Below are positions 39,634 through 49,034 of a stretch of DNA of 64,000 nucleotides, piece by piece; position 1 is the stretch's first letter, and each line of letters opens with the position of its first letter. The position numbers and the translations under genes are program-made. The stretch is from Chitinivibrionales bacterium (GTDB taxonomy: Bacteria > Fibrobacterota > Chitinivibrionia > Chitinivibrionales > WJKA01). The notes under the pieces were generated by a model. It worked only from the letters and a program-made list of their open reading frames with translations. It made no database searches and was not told the origin of the DNA. The stretch spans positions 11,929 through 75,928 of the forward strand of contig JBBRUX010000015.1 of NCBI GenBank assembly GCA_038247415.1, written 5' to 3'.

Positions 39634-40008
39634 GTGATTAAGGCTTACGAAACCGCCGTCGTATTTGACGGCTCACTGCCCGATGATGTTCTTGCAGCTC
39701 AGCAGCAGAAAATCGAGCAGTTTCTTGCACAAAATGGAACATTCGAAAAAACAGATGTGTGGGGAAAGCAGCAGCTCGCCTACGAGCTTAAAGGTAAACG
39801 TTTAGGCTTTTACTGCATATTCCTTTATAAGGGTGAGAGCGGTACTTCCGATAAACTTGAACATGACTTCGACTTGAATACCGCCATTCTTCGATTCTTG
39901 TCGCTTGTTCGCGATGAGTCTAAGGTAGTATTGCCATTCGATATTGATGCTTCAAAATTAGCGCAAGCGTCACAGTCATCAATGGAAGGAGAAGACAGCG
40001 ATGAATAG
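39634..40008 (+). CDS. rpsF: 30S ribosomal protein S6
   Basis: GTG start after [25 protein letters not shown]. Confidence 0.92.
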   Translation: MIKAYETAVVFDGSLPDDVLAAQQQKIEQFLAQNGTFEKTDVWGKQQLAYELKGKRLGFYCIFLYKGESGTSDKLEHDFDLNTAILRFLSLVRDESKVVLPFDIDASKLAQASQSSMEGEDSDE

Positions 40009-40291
40009 CAGAGATAATCGTCATTCGTCACGTGGAGAAGGTCGGTCTGAAGGCCGTGGAAATAAAAGGTTTTCTCGTGCTCGCAAAACCTGCTGGTTTG
40101 ATGAGGTTAAAGTTGAGCCCGATTATAAAAACCCTCGAATTCTTCGTCGGTTTGTAACTGAGCGTGGTAAAATTCTACCTCGTCGCACAACTGCAACCTG
40201 TGCTTGTCACCAACGTGCTCTCGCTTTGGCAATCAAGCGTGCGCGTCATTTGGCCCTCTTGCCGTTTGTTGCAGAGAACGTAAATCGCTAA
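40001..40291 (+). CDS. rpsR: 30S ribosomal protein S18
   Basis: DYKN...[17 protein letters not shown]...QR.LA.AIKRAR.LALLPF. Confidence 0.96.
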   Translation: MNSRDNRHSSRGEGRSEGRGNKRFSRARKTCWFDEVKVEPDYKNPRILRRFVTERGKILPRRTTATCACHQRALALAIKRARHLALLPFVAENVNR

Positions 40292-40342
40292 TATTTGAAT
40301 ACTTATTAATCAGAAACCGTTTGTCAAGGAGTATCGATACTC

Positions 40343-40795
40343 ATGCAAGTCATCCTTAAAAAAGACCAAGAGAATCTCGGCGAAGCCCTCTCTGTGGTAA
40401 ACGTCAAGGACGGATATGCGCGTAACTTTCTGTTTCCGCGTGGTATTGCAGTTCTGGCGACCGAAGGTAATAAGAAAGCCGTGGCTGAAGCACGAAAGTT
40501 AACTGAGAAGCGCGAAGAGAAGAAGCAGAAGGAAGCTCGTCAGATTGCCAAGAAAATCGAAGGTATTTCTTGCACTATACCTGTGAAGGTTGGTGAAGAG
40601 GATAAGCTTTTTGGTTCGGTTGGCAATGGCGAAATTGCAGAATTCCTTAAGAAGGAAGGGTTTGATATCGATAAACGCGATATCGACCTCGAAGACCCGA
40701 TCCGTAGTCTTGGTGTGTACACAGTTCCTGTTAAGTTGTACAAAGATGTTTTTGCCAAGCTTAAGGTGTGGGTAGTTAAAGAAACCGTTGCCTAA
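40343..40795 (+). CDS. rplI: 50S ribosomal protein L9
   Basis: MQVIL...VKDGYARNFL, KLFGSV, IRSLG. Confidence 0.97.
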   Translation: MQVILKKDQENLGEALSVVNVKDGYARNFLFPRGIAVLATEGNKKAVAEARKLTEKREEKKQKEARQIAKKIEGISCTIPVKVGEEDKLFGSVGNGEIAEFLKKEGFDIDKRDIDLEDPIRSLGVYTVPVKLYKDVFAKLKVWVVKETVA

Positions 40796-40825
40796 GAGGC
40801 AGATCGCATAAAGCGCATGAGCGCA

Positions 40826-40859
40826 GCACAAGGGCGATCTAACAAGATCGCCCTTGTGC
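40826..40859. repeat. perfect 15-bp inverted repeat (hairpin) after rplI
   Basis: GCACAAGGGCGATCT-AACA-AGATCGCCCTTGTGC; no adjacent U-tract. Confidence 0.8.
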
Positions 40860-40908
40860 CAGTTACCCCAAAAAAATACCACTTGTCAATTTTAGGCGTG
40901 GAGGCGTT

Positions 40909-41790
40909 ATGAATTTTAAAGGTTGTTATGTAGCAATTGTTACGCCGTTTACAGCAGATGGTGCTGTGGATGAAGCCGGACTACGAAGCAATATAGACTA
41001 TCTGATCGCGCGCGGTGTTGCTGGTGTAGTTCCATGCGGAACAACCGGTGAATCGGCCACATTGTCGTGGGAAGAGCATAATCGAGTTGTTGATATTGCC
41101 ATCGACCAGGTTAAAAAAAGAGTGCAGGTGATTGCTGGTGCGGGGTCCAATAATACACTCGAATCGATACGGGCTGCAACGCATGCACAGGAAGCAGGTG
41201 CCGATGCTATTCTGAGCATAACGCCGTACTATAATAAGCCCACGCAAGAAGGATTATATCAGCATTATAAAACAGTTGCCGAAAAAGTAGACATTCCGAT
41301 GGTACTTTATAATGTACCTGGCAGAACTGGTGTGAATCTCATGCCAGAAACCGTGGAACGGTTATGTTCGCTTAAATCGATAGTAGCAGTTAAAGAGGCC
41401 AGCGGTGATGTAACACAGGTCTCCGAAATTCATAGGCGTTGCGGTGAGCACCTGGCAGTTTTGTCGGGCGACGATGCATTAACCCTGCCAATACTAGCCT
41501 GCGGTGGATGCGGCGTGATCTCGGTAGTGGCAAATCTTGTGCCTACCCCTATGGTTGATATGATCAATGCGTTTTTTGCTGGCGATATGGCACAAGCATT
41601 AGTGTTGCACGAACGATTGTTGACTTTGTCACGTACTATTTTTATCGAAACGAATCCGAGCCCCATTAAAGCCGCAATGGCGTTTGCAGGTTTAGCTGCT
41701 GGGCCTCTGCGTTTGCCGCTCGTGGGAATGGAAGAGGGCAATAAAAATAAACTCCTGGGCGTAGTGAGGGAGTCTGGTTTGCTATCGTAA
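40909..41790 (+). CDS. dapA: 4-hydroxy-tetrahydrodipicolinate synthase
   Basis: GTTGES, TPYYNKP, LYNVPGRTG, VKEAS. Confidence 0.97.
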   Translation: MNFKGCYVAIVTPFTADGAVDEAGLRSNIDYLIARGVAGVVPCGTTGESATLSWEEHNRVVDIAIDQVKKRVQVIAGAGSNNTLESIRAATHAQEAGADAILSITPYYNKPTQEGLYQHYKTVAEKVDIPMVLYNVPGRTGVNLMPETVERLCSLKSIVAVKEASGDVTQVSEIHRRCGEHLAVLSGDDALTLPILACGGCGVISVVANLVPTPMVDMINAFFAGDMAQALVLHERLLTLSRTIFIETNPSPIKAAMAFAGLAAGPLRLPLVGMEEGNKNKLLGVVRESGLLS

Positions 41791-41841
41791 ATGTGCCATA
41801 GAGGGTTGTGCGGTATACCTTTCAGTATTCAAGGAGCATGT

Positions 41842-42651
41842 GTGAGCGTAACTATTGGTGTTGTGGGCGCTTTGGGGAGAATGGGTCGTGAGATTGGGAC
41901 GGTGATACTTGACACTTCTAACGCTCGTCTTGCGTTGGGTTCCGAAATAGCCACACATGCTCTTATTGGTCAAGACTATGGAACTCTTCTTGGCCGTCAA
42001 CCAATTGGTGTGCCGATTGTGGGAACGCTTGATCCCACAAAAATTGCTCATATGGTTGTCATATCATTTCCCACTGCCGAAGCGGTGCAGGATGTGCTCG
42101 ATGCCGTGGCAGCGCAACCAACTGCCCGATTGGTAATTGGCACAACGGGGCTCAAAGCTCCCATGGTACAAAAAATTCACGATCTGGCACGAACTAACCC
42201 TGTGGTGTATAGTCCGAATATGAGCCTTGGGGTTAATCTGCTTTTTCATATCACCGCACAGGTATCCAAAGCGCTTGCGCATCAGTTTGATGTCGAAATC
42301 ATAGAAGCGCATCATCGTCTCAAGAAAGATGCCCCCAGCGGAACGGCTGTTAGACTTGGTGAGATTGTTGCTGCCGAGATAGGTAAATCGTACGACGAAG
42401 CTATACGACATGGGCGCGTGGGCATGGTTGGTGAAAGAACTTCTACCGAGGTCGGCATGCATGCTGTACGAGGTGGTGATATTGTTGGCGATCATACCGT
42501 TTTATTCGCTGGTGATGGCGAACGTCTGGAATTACGGCATATGGCGCACAGCCGTAAAACATTTGCCAAAGGGGCAGTTACTGCCGCGCTCTGGCTTGCA
42601 GATAAAAAACCTGGTCTTTACACCATGCATGATGTTTTAGGATTGGCATAA
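41842..42651 (+). CDS. dapB: 4-hydroxy-tetrahydrodipicolinate reductase
   Basis: GTG start after AAGGAG; GALGRMG, IGTTG, EAHHRLKKDAPSGTA, RGGDIVGDH. Confidence 0.95.
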   Translation: MSVTIGVVGALGRMGREIGTVILDTSNARLALGSEIATHALIGQDYGTLLGRQPIGVPIVGTLDPTKIAHMVVISFPTAEAVQDVLDAVAAQPTARLVIGTTGLKAPMVQKIHDLARTNPVVYSPNMSLGVNLLFHITAQVSKALAHQFDVEIIEAHHRLKKDAPSGTAVRLGEIVAAEIGKSYDEAIRHGRVGMVGERTSTEVGMHAVRGGDIVGDHTVLFAGDGERLELRHMAHSRKTFAKGAVTAALWLADKKPGLYTMHDVLGLA

Positions 42652-42677
42652 CCATATCGATTGGAAGGTAGTGTGCA

Positions 42678-44081
42678 ATGAGAGAAATTCGTAACCTGAT
42701 CTCTTGGGGCTCTTTTGCAATACTTGTATGGGCGATGCCAGTTGCGCTCGTAGCTGCACCCGATTCTACCAATACTATGTTTAATCAAGGGCATCGCAGT
42801 GCTATGCGGTCGAATCCGCGTGAGGTGCCAATGCCTTTTACAGGCAAAGGTGCTCCCGATACTGCAAAACCTTCTGCCACGCCTACATTAACTCCGCTGC
42901 CAAAAATTTCGGAAGATGAAGACATTCTTATAGAAGAGGGCGCTGAAACGGCTGTTCCAACCCCAGAACAAAAAGCTGTACCCGACAGTTCGAGTGGTGT
43001 GGCCATTGAAGCAAAATCAGATTCTGTAAATCAGGTTGCACCGCCTCAAAATGTCTTGGTAGCTCCTGCGCTAAGCACGCCAGATACCGCCAAACCAGCT
43101 GCTCCTGCTGAACCCGTTGTGCCACTCGTAATAGAAAAACCTTCGTCTATTAATTTTGCAGAAAATCTGAAAGAATACCGAAATCCTAAAATTGCCATGC
43201 TGCTGTCGCTTCTTGTGCCAGGACTCGGGCAAGCGTATTCGAAACATTATGCCCGGGGAGCAATTTATTTTGGTGTCGAATTGGCTGGAATGGCAACAAG
43301 CTTTGCTTTTATAAATCGCGGAAATAAATACGATAAAGAAGCGAGAGCTTTCGCAGATGTACATTTTTCTTCTGTAAAATTTGATTCTGCATATACGACA
43401 CTTCGTAATGCTTTAATCAACCGGACCAATAATGCGAAATATGTAGACACCCTTCTACAAATCCAATATGGAGGTTGGGATTCGACGGGGCCTGTGTATC
43501 GGGATACATTGCTGTATCTTGCTGGGCGCACCGATGAAATCAGCAAAAAATCGTATTATGCCATGCTCAATGATGCCAATGGTGAAAAAAATATCTATAG
43601 TCAAGGATGGGATGATTGTACTCCAACCTTATTGAGTGATACGATAGCGAGTAAGCTTGGAAATGTTGCTGCAAAAAATAACGATCTTGTTTTTACAAAG
43701 GGCGATACAACGTATAAATTGTCAACAACAGATACGACTGCGAGTGAGGGCGTCCCCGCATTTTTGTTCACCCGTTTTATTAATAATGTTATTGTTTCTG
43801 ATAAAAATGATGTCAATAAGTTTGGATTTTCATCGAATTACGATGAATTTCATTCGATTATGTCTAAAAAAGAAACTAAATATCGACTTGGAACCTATGT
43901 GCTGTATGGTTTGCTTGTCAATCATCTTATAAGCGCCATCGATGCAGGGATAATGGCCAAATCATATAATAGTCGCATGCTTGGCAAAGGATCTGTTTTA
44001 GATAGAATCAAGATTATGCCTCAATTATATGCTTCTGCGTGGGATGTGACTAGTGGAGTAACCCTCTGCCTAAGGTTTTAA
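42678..44081 (+). CDS. DUF5683-like exported protein with Pro/Ala-rich linker
   Basis: signal peptide; low-complexity P/A/T region; 'AMLLSLLVPGLGQAY'; 'NHLISAIDA'; terminal Phe. Confidence 0.6.
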   Translation: MREIRNLISWGSFAILVWAMPVALVAAPDSTNTMFNQGHRSAMRSNPREVPMPFTGKGAPDTAKPSATPTLTPLPKISEDEDILIEEGAETAVPTPEQKAVPDSSSGVAIEAKSDSVNQVAPPQNVLVAPALSTPDTAKPAAPAEPVVPLVIEKPSSINFAENLKEYRNPKIAMLLSLLVPGLGQAYSKHYARGAIYFGVELAGMATSFAFINRGNKYDKEARAFADVHFSSVKFDSAYTTLRNALINRTNNAKYVDTLLQIQYGGWDSTGPVYRDTLLYLAGRTDEISKKSYYAMLNDANGEKNIYSQGWDDCTPTLLSDTIASKLGNVAAKNNDLVFTKGDTTYKLSTTDTTASEGVPAFLFTRFINNVIVSDKNDVNKFGFSSNYDEFHSIMSKKETKYRLGTYVLYGLLVNHLISAIDAGIMAKSYNSRMLGKGSVLDRIKIMPQLYASAWDVTSGVTLCLRF

Positions 44082-44082
44082 C

Positions 44083-44778
44083 ATGTGCTATAAATCCTGG
44101 TTTTTTGCTTGCATTTTAATTGCTTTGGGTGCGTTGTCAAGCACAGCTCAAATTATTATCGAGTCTGAGCCAACTACCGATAGTGTCAACCTGTTTGTTC
44201 CTCGTAAAGAATCTAAAATGCCCCAGATCTACGCTCTTGGCGGCTCTATTCTTTTGCCTGGTTTAGGGCATTATTACATGGGCAAGCCAGAGCATGCTTT
44301 TGGCTATTTTATTACCGAAGCGGTTTCTATTGGAGCCATAGTATTTTGCAATCAATCGGCCAATGGCCTAGAGAACGATGCCCATGGCTATGCACAAACA
44401 TGGGCTCACACATCCGGGGGACCTGGGGCTGATAAAGCATTTTGGACGCAGGTTGGGCGATATGGTTCAAGCGTTGAATACAATCGGATACCCGAGTATA
44501 ACCGCGACGAAACCATGAAAAAATATACCGAAGATAATTTGCAGTGGAGTTGGGATGCCGATTCATTGCGCAAAGAATATGGGAAAATTATCGAACGCGC
44601 TACATCGTATCGAGTAGTATCAAATGTCTTTTTAGCTGCCATGGTACTCGATCGCGTAATTGCTTTTATCGATGCGCGCTATGCCATAAATCGAGGCGCA
44701 CTCTCAGCGCTTTCTGTTAAGCCAACGCTCGATCCTATCTCAGGCAGTGCTGGCCTTTCTTATTCTACCGAATTCTAA
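44083..44778 (+). CDS. DUF5683-like exported protein (paralog of upstream gene)
   Basis: signal peptide; 'SILLPGLGHYY'; 'DRVIAFIDA'; terminal Phe. Confidence 0.6.
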   Translation: MCYKSWFFACILIALGALSSTAQIIIESEPTTDSVNLFVPRKESKMPQIYALGGSILLPGLGHYYMGKPEHAFGYFITEAVSIGAIVFCNQSANGLENDAHGYAQTWAHTSGGPGADKAFWTQVGRYGSSVEYNRIPEYNRDETMKKYTEDNLQWSWDADSLRKEYGKIIERATSYRVVSNVFLAAMVLDRVIAFIDARYAINRGALSALSVKPTLDPISGSAGLSYSTEF

Positions 44779-44791
44779 CCAAGGAGGATCT

Positions 44792-45403
44792 ATGAAGACA
44801 CTTGCACGAATACTGCTCGTGGCGATATCGCTTTCGAGTCTTTCTCTTGCTGCTCAAGGATCTGCGCCTATGGCTAATACAGCAGGATTTGGCGGAAAAA
44901 TAGGGCTCGATATAGTTGATAATGAAGGAGCTGCATTTGGTTGGGGCGGACATTTTTTATACGGGATCGATTTACGAGGTGCGGGAACCTTGGCATTGTA
45001 TCCTAATATCGAATTTTGGGTTAACCGCCATGAATATATCGATTATAATCCAAACCCAAATCGCTATTGGTATACTACCCTCTTTGAGGCAAATATCAAC
45101 TTTGACGCACGGTATTATTTCCCTTTACGAGCATCAATTCCTGTTAATCCTTTTGTGGGTTTGGGAATAGGACCAAATATCGCAACGTGGCATCCCGATG
45201 CAGATTATAATAATTATTATAATAATAATTATGGCCAGTATCATGGGCCAACAAATACAGATGTTGGAATATTATTCAGCATTTTTGGAGGTATCGACAT
45301 TCCTGTAAGTAGCAACATTCGGCCTTTTTTCGAAATGCGGCTAAAAACTGGTGACTTTTATACCGTATTTAAAATGACCGCCGGGCTTACGTTTCTTTTG
45401 TAA
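44792..45403 (+). CDS. small outer-membrane beta-barrel protein (OmpA/OmpW-like)
   Basis: AGGAGG RBS; signal peptide; alternating strands 'FDARYYF', 'NPFVGLGIG', 'RPFFEMR', 'AGLTFLL'. Confidence 0.7.
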   Translation: MKTLARILLVAISLSSLSLAAQGSAPMANTAGFGGKIGLDIVDNEGAAFGWGGHFLYGIDLRGAGTLALYPNIEFWVNRHEYIDYNPNPNRYWYTTLFEANINFDARYYFPLRASIPVNPFVGLGIGPNIATWHPDADYNNYYNNNYGQYHGPTNTDVGILFSIFGGIDIPVSSNIRPFFEMRLKTGDFYTVFKMTAGLTFLL

Positions 45404-45408
45404 ATTAG

Positions 45409-45759
45409 CTACAGGTAAAATGCGTTTTTAAGGTGGTCAATGTCATTGCCTGATACGGCAATGACATCAAATCGGCAGCGAACTGAGGTAGACCCATGAT
45501 CTATAAGGTATGCTTGTGCCATTCTTGACAATTGGGTTTGCTTGGCACGAGTAACCCAATAGAGTGGATTACCCGCCTTTTTCCCCATCGCGCTTTTAAC
45601 CTCTACGAATACAATAGATTGATCCTTTGGGTCGCTCGCGATACAATCTATTTCTCCAAATTTAGTTCGGTAATTTCGTGATATAATAGTAAAGCCATTT
45701 TGAACCAGATGTTCAACGGCTTTTTCTTCGCCGTGGGCACCTTTTTGTCGGGTGTTCAT
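45409..45759 (-). CDS. yraN: YraN (UPF0102) PD-(D/E)xK nuclease family protein
   Basis: start MNTRQKG; GEE.A, RNYR, GEIDCI, FVEVK, RFDVI. Confidence 0.92.
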   Translation of the reverse strand: MNTRQKGAHGEEKAVEHLVQNGFTIISRNYRTKFGEIDCIASDPKDQSIVFVEVKSAMGKKAGNPLYWVTRAKQTQLSRMAQAYLIDHGSTSVRCRFDVIAVSGNDIDHLKNAFYL

Positions 45760-46859
45760 GGCAGAATATGAGCCAGGTGCAAAAAGAGCACTGCGGTGAG
45801 ACCGCAAATAAGTAAAAGGGAAAGCCACTGAGACCTAATAGTATCAATCCAAAATGAGAGGGTCAAGGGCGAATCGTTTTCGAGGCGGTCATACATGCCT
45901 TTGCGAAAATCTCGCCTATCGCCATTTCTGCGATCGGTGATTCGCTTGTCTGCTGCGCGTTGCGCTGAGGATTTTTTGCTCGGGATTGAAAACACTGCTG
46001 TTGCCCGACCTGTGGATTCATTTATGTCAACAGAATCGAGATGATCCAGCATTTCTTCTACCGTGGCATAGCGCTCAGATTTATCTTTTTTGAGTGCTTT
46101 AAGGATAATGAGTTCAAGACGTTTGGGTATATCCTTACGTTTGCTGGAGGGAGGAGGAGGCAATTCGTGAACCTGTTTGTAAGCCACAGCAATAGGATTA
46201 TCACCGGTAAAGGGGGGCATTTTGGTGATCATCTCGTACATGACAATGCCCAGGGAATAAATGTCTGTTTGCTGGTCGGGAGATTTGCCTTCGGCTTGCT
46301 CGGGCGACATATATTCTGGAGTGCCTACCGCAACACCGGTCATGGTGATGTTGACTTGCGAAAAGATTTTGGCGATACCAAAATCTGATAGTCGCGCTAC
46401 TCCTTCGTTATCGAGCAAAATGTTTTGAGGCTTGATATCTCGATGGACAATGTTTTTTCCGTGTGCATACCGAAGTCCCCTGCAAATCTGTTTGGAAATG
46501 TCTATGACTTCGGTGTAGGACATGGGCTTTTTTTCTGCTATTTTTTTAGATAAATCGCATCCGTCAACATACTGCATCGCAAAATAGCGATAATCTCCCT
46601 CGATGCCATATTCGTAGATATTGACAATATTATGATGCTGCAAGAGGGAAATTGCCCGCGCTTCTATTTCGAAGCGCTGCAAGGATTCTTCGTTGTTGTG
46701 GGATAATGGGAGCAAAACCTTAAGGGCTACAACACGGTCCAGAGATTCCTGAATCGCTTTGTAGATTACACCCATCCCTCCCATGCCCAAGGTGCTTTCT
46801 ATACGGTAATTTCCAATACGTTCTGGAAGCCAATTTGCAGAGTTTGGGAGTTGTTTCAT
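45756..46859 (-). CDS. Hanks-type Ser/Thr protein kinase with C-terminal TM anchor
   Basis: LGMGGMG, ALK, HRDIKPQN, DFG, GTPEYMSPE. Confidence 0.95.
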   Translation of the reverse strand: MKQLPNSANWLPERIGNYRIESTLGMGGMGVIYKAIQESLDRVVALKVLLPLSHNNEESLQRFEIEARAISLLQHHNIVNIYEYGIEGDYRYFAMQYVDGCDLSKKIAEKKPMSYTEVIDISKQICRGLRYAHGKNIVHRDIKPQNILLDNEGVARLSDFGIAKIFSQVNITMTGVAVGTPEYMSPEQAEGKSPDQQTDIYSLGIVMYEMITKMPPFTGDNPIAVAYKQVHELPPPPSSKRKDIPKRLELIILKALKKDKSERYATVEEMLDHLDSVDINESTGRATAVFSIPSKKSSAQRAADKRITDRRNGDRRDFRKGMYDRLENDSPLTLSFWIDTIRSQWLSLLLICGLTAVLFLHLAHILP

Positions 46860-46860
46860 A

Positions 46861-49032
46861 TTAGCGTTTTACCCTAATAGTACGAAAGCGAAGTATACTA
46901 TACATAAAAATAATTAAAAGGGATCCAATGATTTCAAGCGATATCCATTCGGCCCCGCTGGGCAGACCTATTCCTAGAATGCAGTGCTGCTTGAGAAGGC
47001 TAAAAATTGGTTTTACAAGCGTTGCGAGGGCAATTTGGGCCCCTCCCAGGGGCATAGAATCTAATGGTACGAGGGCCCCGCTAAAAAATATTTGGGGAAT
47101 AAAAACCAGGGGCAATATTCCACTGGCAAATGCCGGTGTGCGGCTTACGGTGCTAATGCAAAGACCCAGAAGCATGCCAGCAAGCGATCCACATAGAAGA
47201 ATGATAAAGACAACTCCAGAAAAGCCAAGAATATGAAAAATGGAGCCTCCCAGAATCCAGAAGAGCGTAGCTTGTAAAAGCGCAGATAAGCTCCCAATGG
47301 CAATTTTGACGCTTGTAAATGCTCCCGCCGAGAGTCCACAGCGAAATTCTCTGTCGTAGATAGCCCATTCGCGCGTTATTTGTGAGGAGGCGTTGGCGCA
47401 GCTACACCAGAGCACTGATATTGCTATACAAAAATAGAAAGAAACGGGCATAAATTGCGCCGAGGTCGAATAAAGAAAGGTAAGCAAGAAGAGGATAAAG
47501 GCAGGCTGCCCCATCAAAAGAAACAATCCCTTAGTATCGCGCATTGTTAAGGTGCAATAGCGTATAAAAAGAACCCCAAGCTGACGATGCCAGGCAACGG
47601 CATTGAGTCTGTGGTGTGCAGATTCATGAGGCATTGTGTGATGCGCTACCGTGTATGAATCGGTAGGTGCGGTGGTGTTGTTTTTGGGGAGTGTGGTTGC
47701 CGTATACACGTCTGCAATGGTGGGCACTTCAAAGGCTTGTGCGCATGCTTGTGGCGGGCCATTATAAATAAGTGCTCCATCCCGCATGAACAACACTCGA
47801 TGGGCTAAATCTAGTTTGTCGAGCGTATGCGTTGTGAGAACAAGCGTATGTCCTTTGTCGCAGATGCGTTTAAAAAGCTCCATAAACGAACATACTAATC
47901 CGCTGTCAAGGCCAGCCAAGGGTTCGTCTAAAAAAAGAACAGCAGGTGAGGGGAGCAATTCGATGCCAAGATGCACCCTTTTTTTCTCGCCCCCTGATAA
48001 TTTACGAACAAGAATATTCCGCTTTTCTACGAGCGAGAGCTGCGTTAGAAGATCGTCGATTCTGGCGTGGCGTTCCGCCCGCGACCAATCTTTGGGGAGT
48101 CGCAAAATTGCCTGTTGCGCAAAAGTCTCCCACACGGTGAGATCTTCGTGCAAACGGGTATCTTGGGCCACATATCCGATACGTGCTGCAAAAGCAGATC
48201 CATATCGTGTGTGGGAGAGTCCGTTGTAAAGTATGGTTCCGCTTCTAACCGGAAGCAATCCGGCGAGAGCATTTATAAGGGAAGTTTTACCTGCACCAGA
48301 AGGGCCTAAAAGGACAATGAATTCTCCCGGTGGGAGCGTACAATTGACAGAGCGAACCTGCATTGATGTGGCAGTACCAATAACAAGATGTGATGCTTCT
48401 ATGGTTACAGAATCATGATCGTTGATTTCGATTATGGATACGCCATCAAAAGAGAATCGTCGAGGCCCAACTAGGATGATATCCCCTTTGGTAAGCAATA
48501 TTCGACGAACTTTGCAGCCATTGACATAAACCCCGTTGGTACTGCCCAAATCGGTGAGAATAGATCCTGTAGCGCGTAGAGAAATCGTAGCATGAAAGCG
48601 TGATGCTAAGGGATGATCGATGACCAGCGTGTTGGAAGCATCACGACCGAGTGTATAGAGTTTGGCGCTCACTACCGTGTCTGAATCAAGCGGGTCGGCA
48701 GATGTTTCATGCGCATCGCTCACTGGGCGCTCTTGCGCAATGTGCAGTACCCCATGCTCAAACGTGATGCGAAGGTTAACTACGCCAATAGTAACAATAT
48801 CGCCGTGGGCAAGTTCAACAGTCGATGGTGCTGTATGATTTACAAGAACGATATTTTTGTCGCACGCTGTAAGAATAGTACTGTGTTTTGTTCGTTCGAG
48901 AGATGCATGAAATCGGGAAATTCCTATTCCAGAAAGTACCAATGAATTAGATGCATCCCGGCCAATTGATATAGGCGAATTCTCCAGAGAAAACGCCCAG
49001 ATACCTAACCTTTGATCGTGTGGTGGTGTCAT
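46861..49032 (-). CDS. ABC exporter with two FHA domains, ATPase and ABC-2 permease (Rv1747-like architecture)
   Basis: two GRD..N...SRFHA FHA motifs, GPSGAGKT, LSGGE, LDEP, C-terminal TMs with PQIFFSG. Confidence 0.9.
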   Translation of the reverse strand: MTPPHDQRLGIWAFSLENSPISIGRDASNSLVLSGIGISRFHASLERTKHSTILTACDKNIVLVNHTAPSTVELAHGDIVTIGVVNLRITFEHGVLHIAQERPVSDAHETSADPLDSDTVVSAKLYTLGRDASNTLVIDHPLASRFHATISLRATGSILTDLGSTNGVYVNGCKVRRILLTKGDIILVGPRRFSFDGVSIIEINDHDSVTIEASHLVIGTATSMQVRSVNCTLPPGEFIVLLGPSGAGKTSLINALAGLLPVRSGTILYNGLSHTRYGSAFAARIGYVAQDTRLHEDLTVWETFAQQAILRLPKDWSRAERHARIDDLLTQLSLVEKRNILVRKLSGGEKKRVHLGIELLPSPAVLFLDEPLAGLDSGLVCSFMELFKRICDKGHTLVLTTHTLDKLDLAHRVLFMRDGALIYNGPPQACAQAFEVPTIADVYTATTLPKNNTTAPTDSYTVAHHTMPHESAHHRLNAVAWHRQLGVLFIRYCTLTMRDTKGLFLLMGQPAFILFLLTFLYSTSAQFMPVSFYFCIAISVLWCSCANASSQITREWAIYDREFRCGLSAGAFTSVKIAIGSLSALLQATLFWILGGSIFHILGFSGVVFIILLCGSLAGMLLGLCISTVSRTPAFASGILPLVFIPQIFFSGALVPLDSMPLGGAQIALATLVKPIFSLLKQHCILGIGLPSGAEWISLEIIGSLLIIFMYSILRFRTIRVKR

Positions 49033-49034
49033 GG

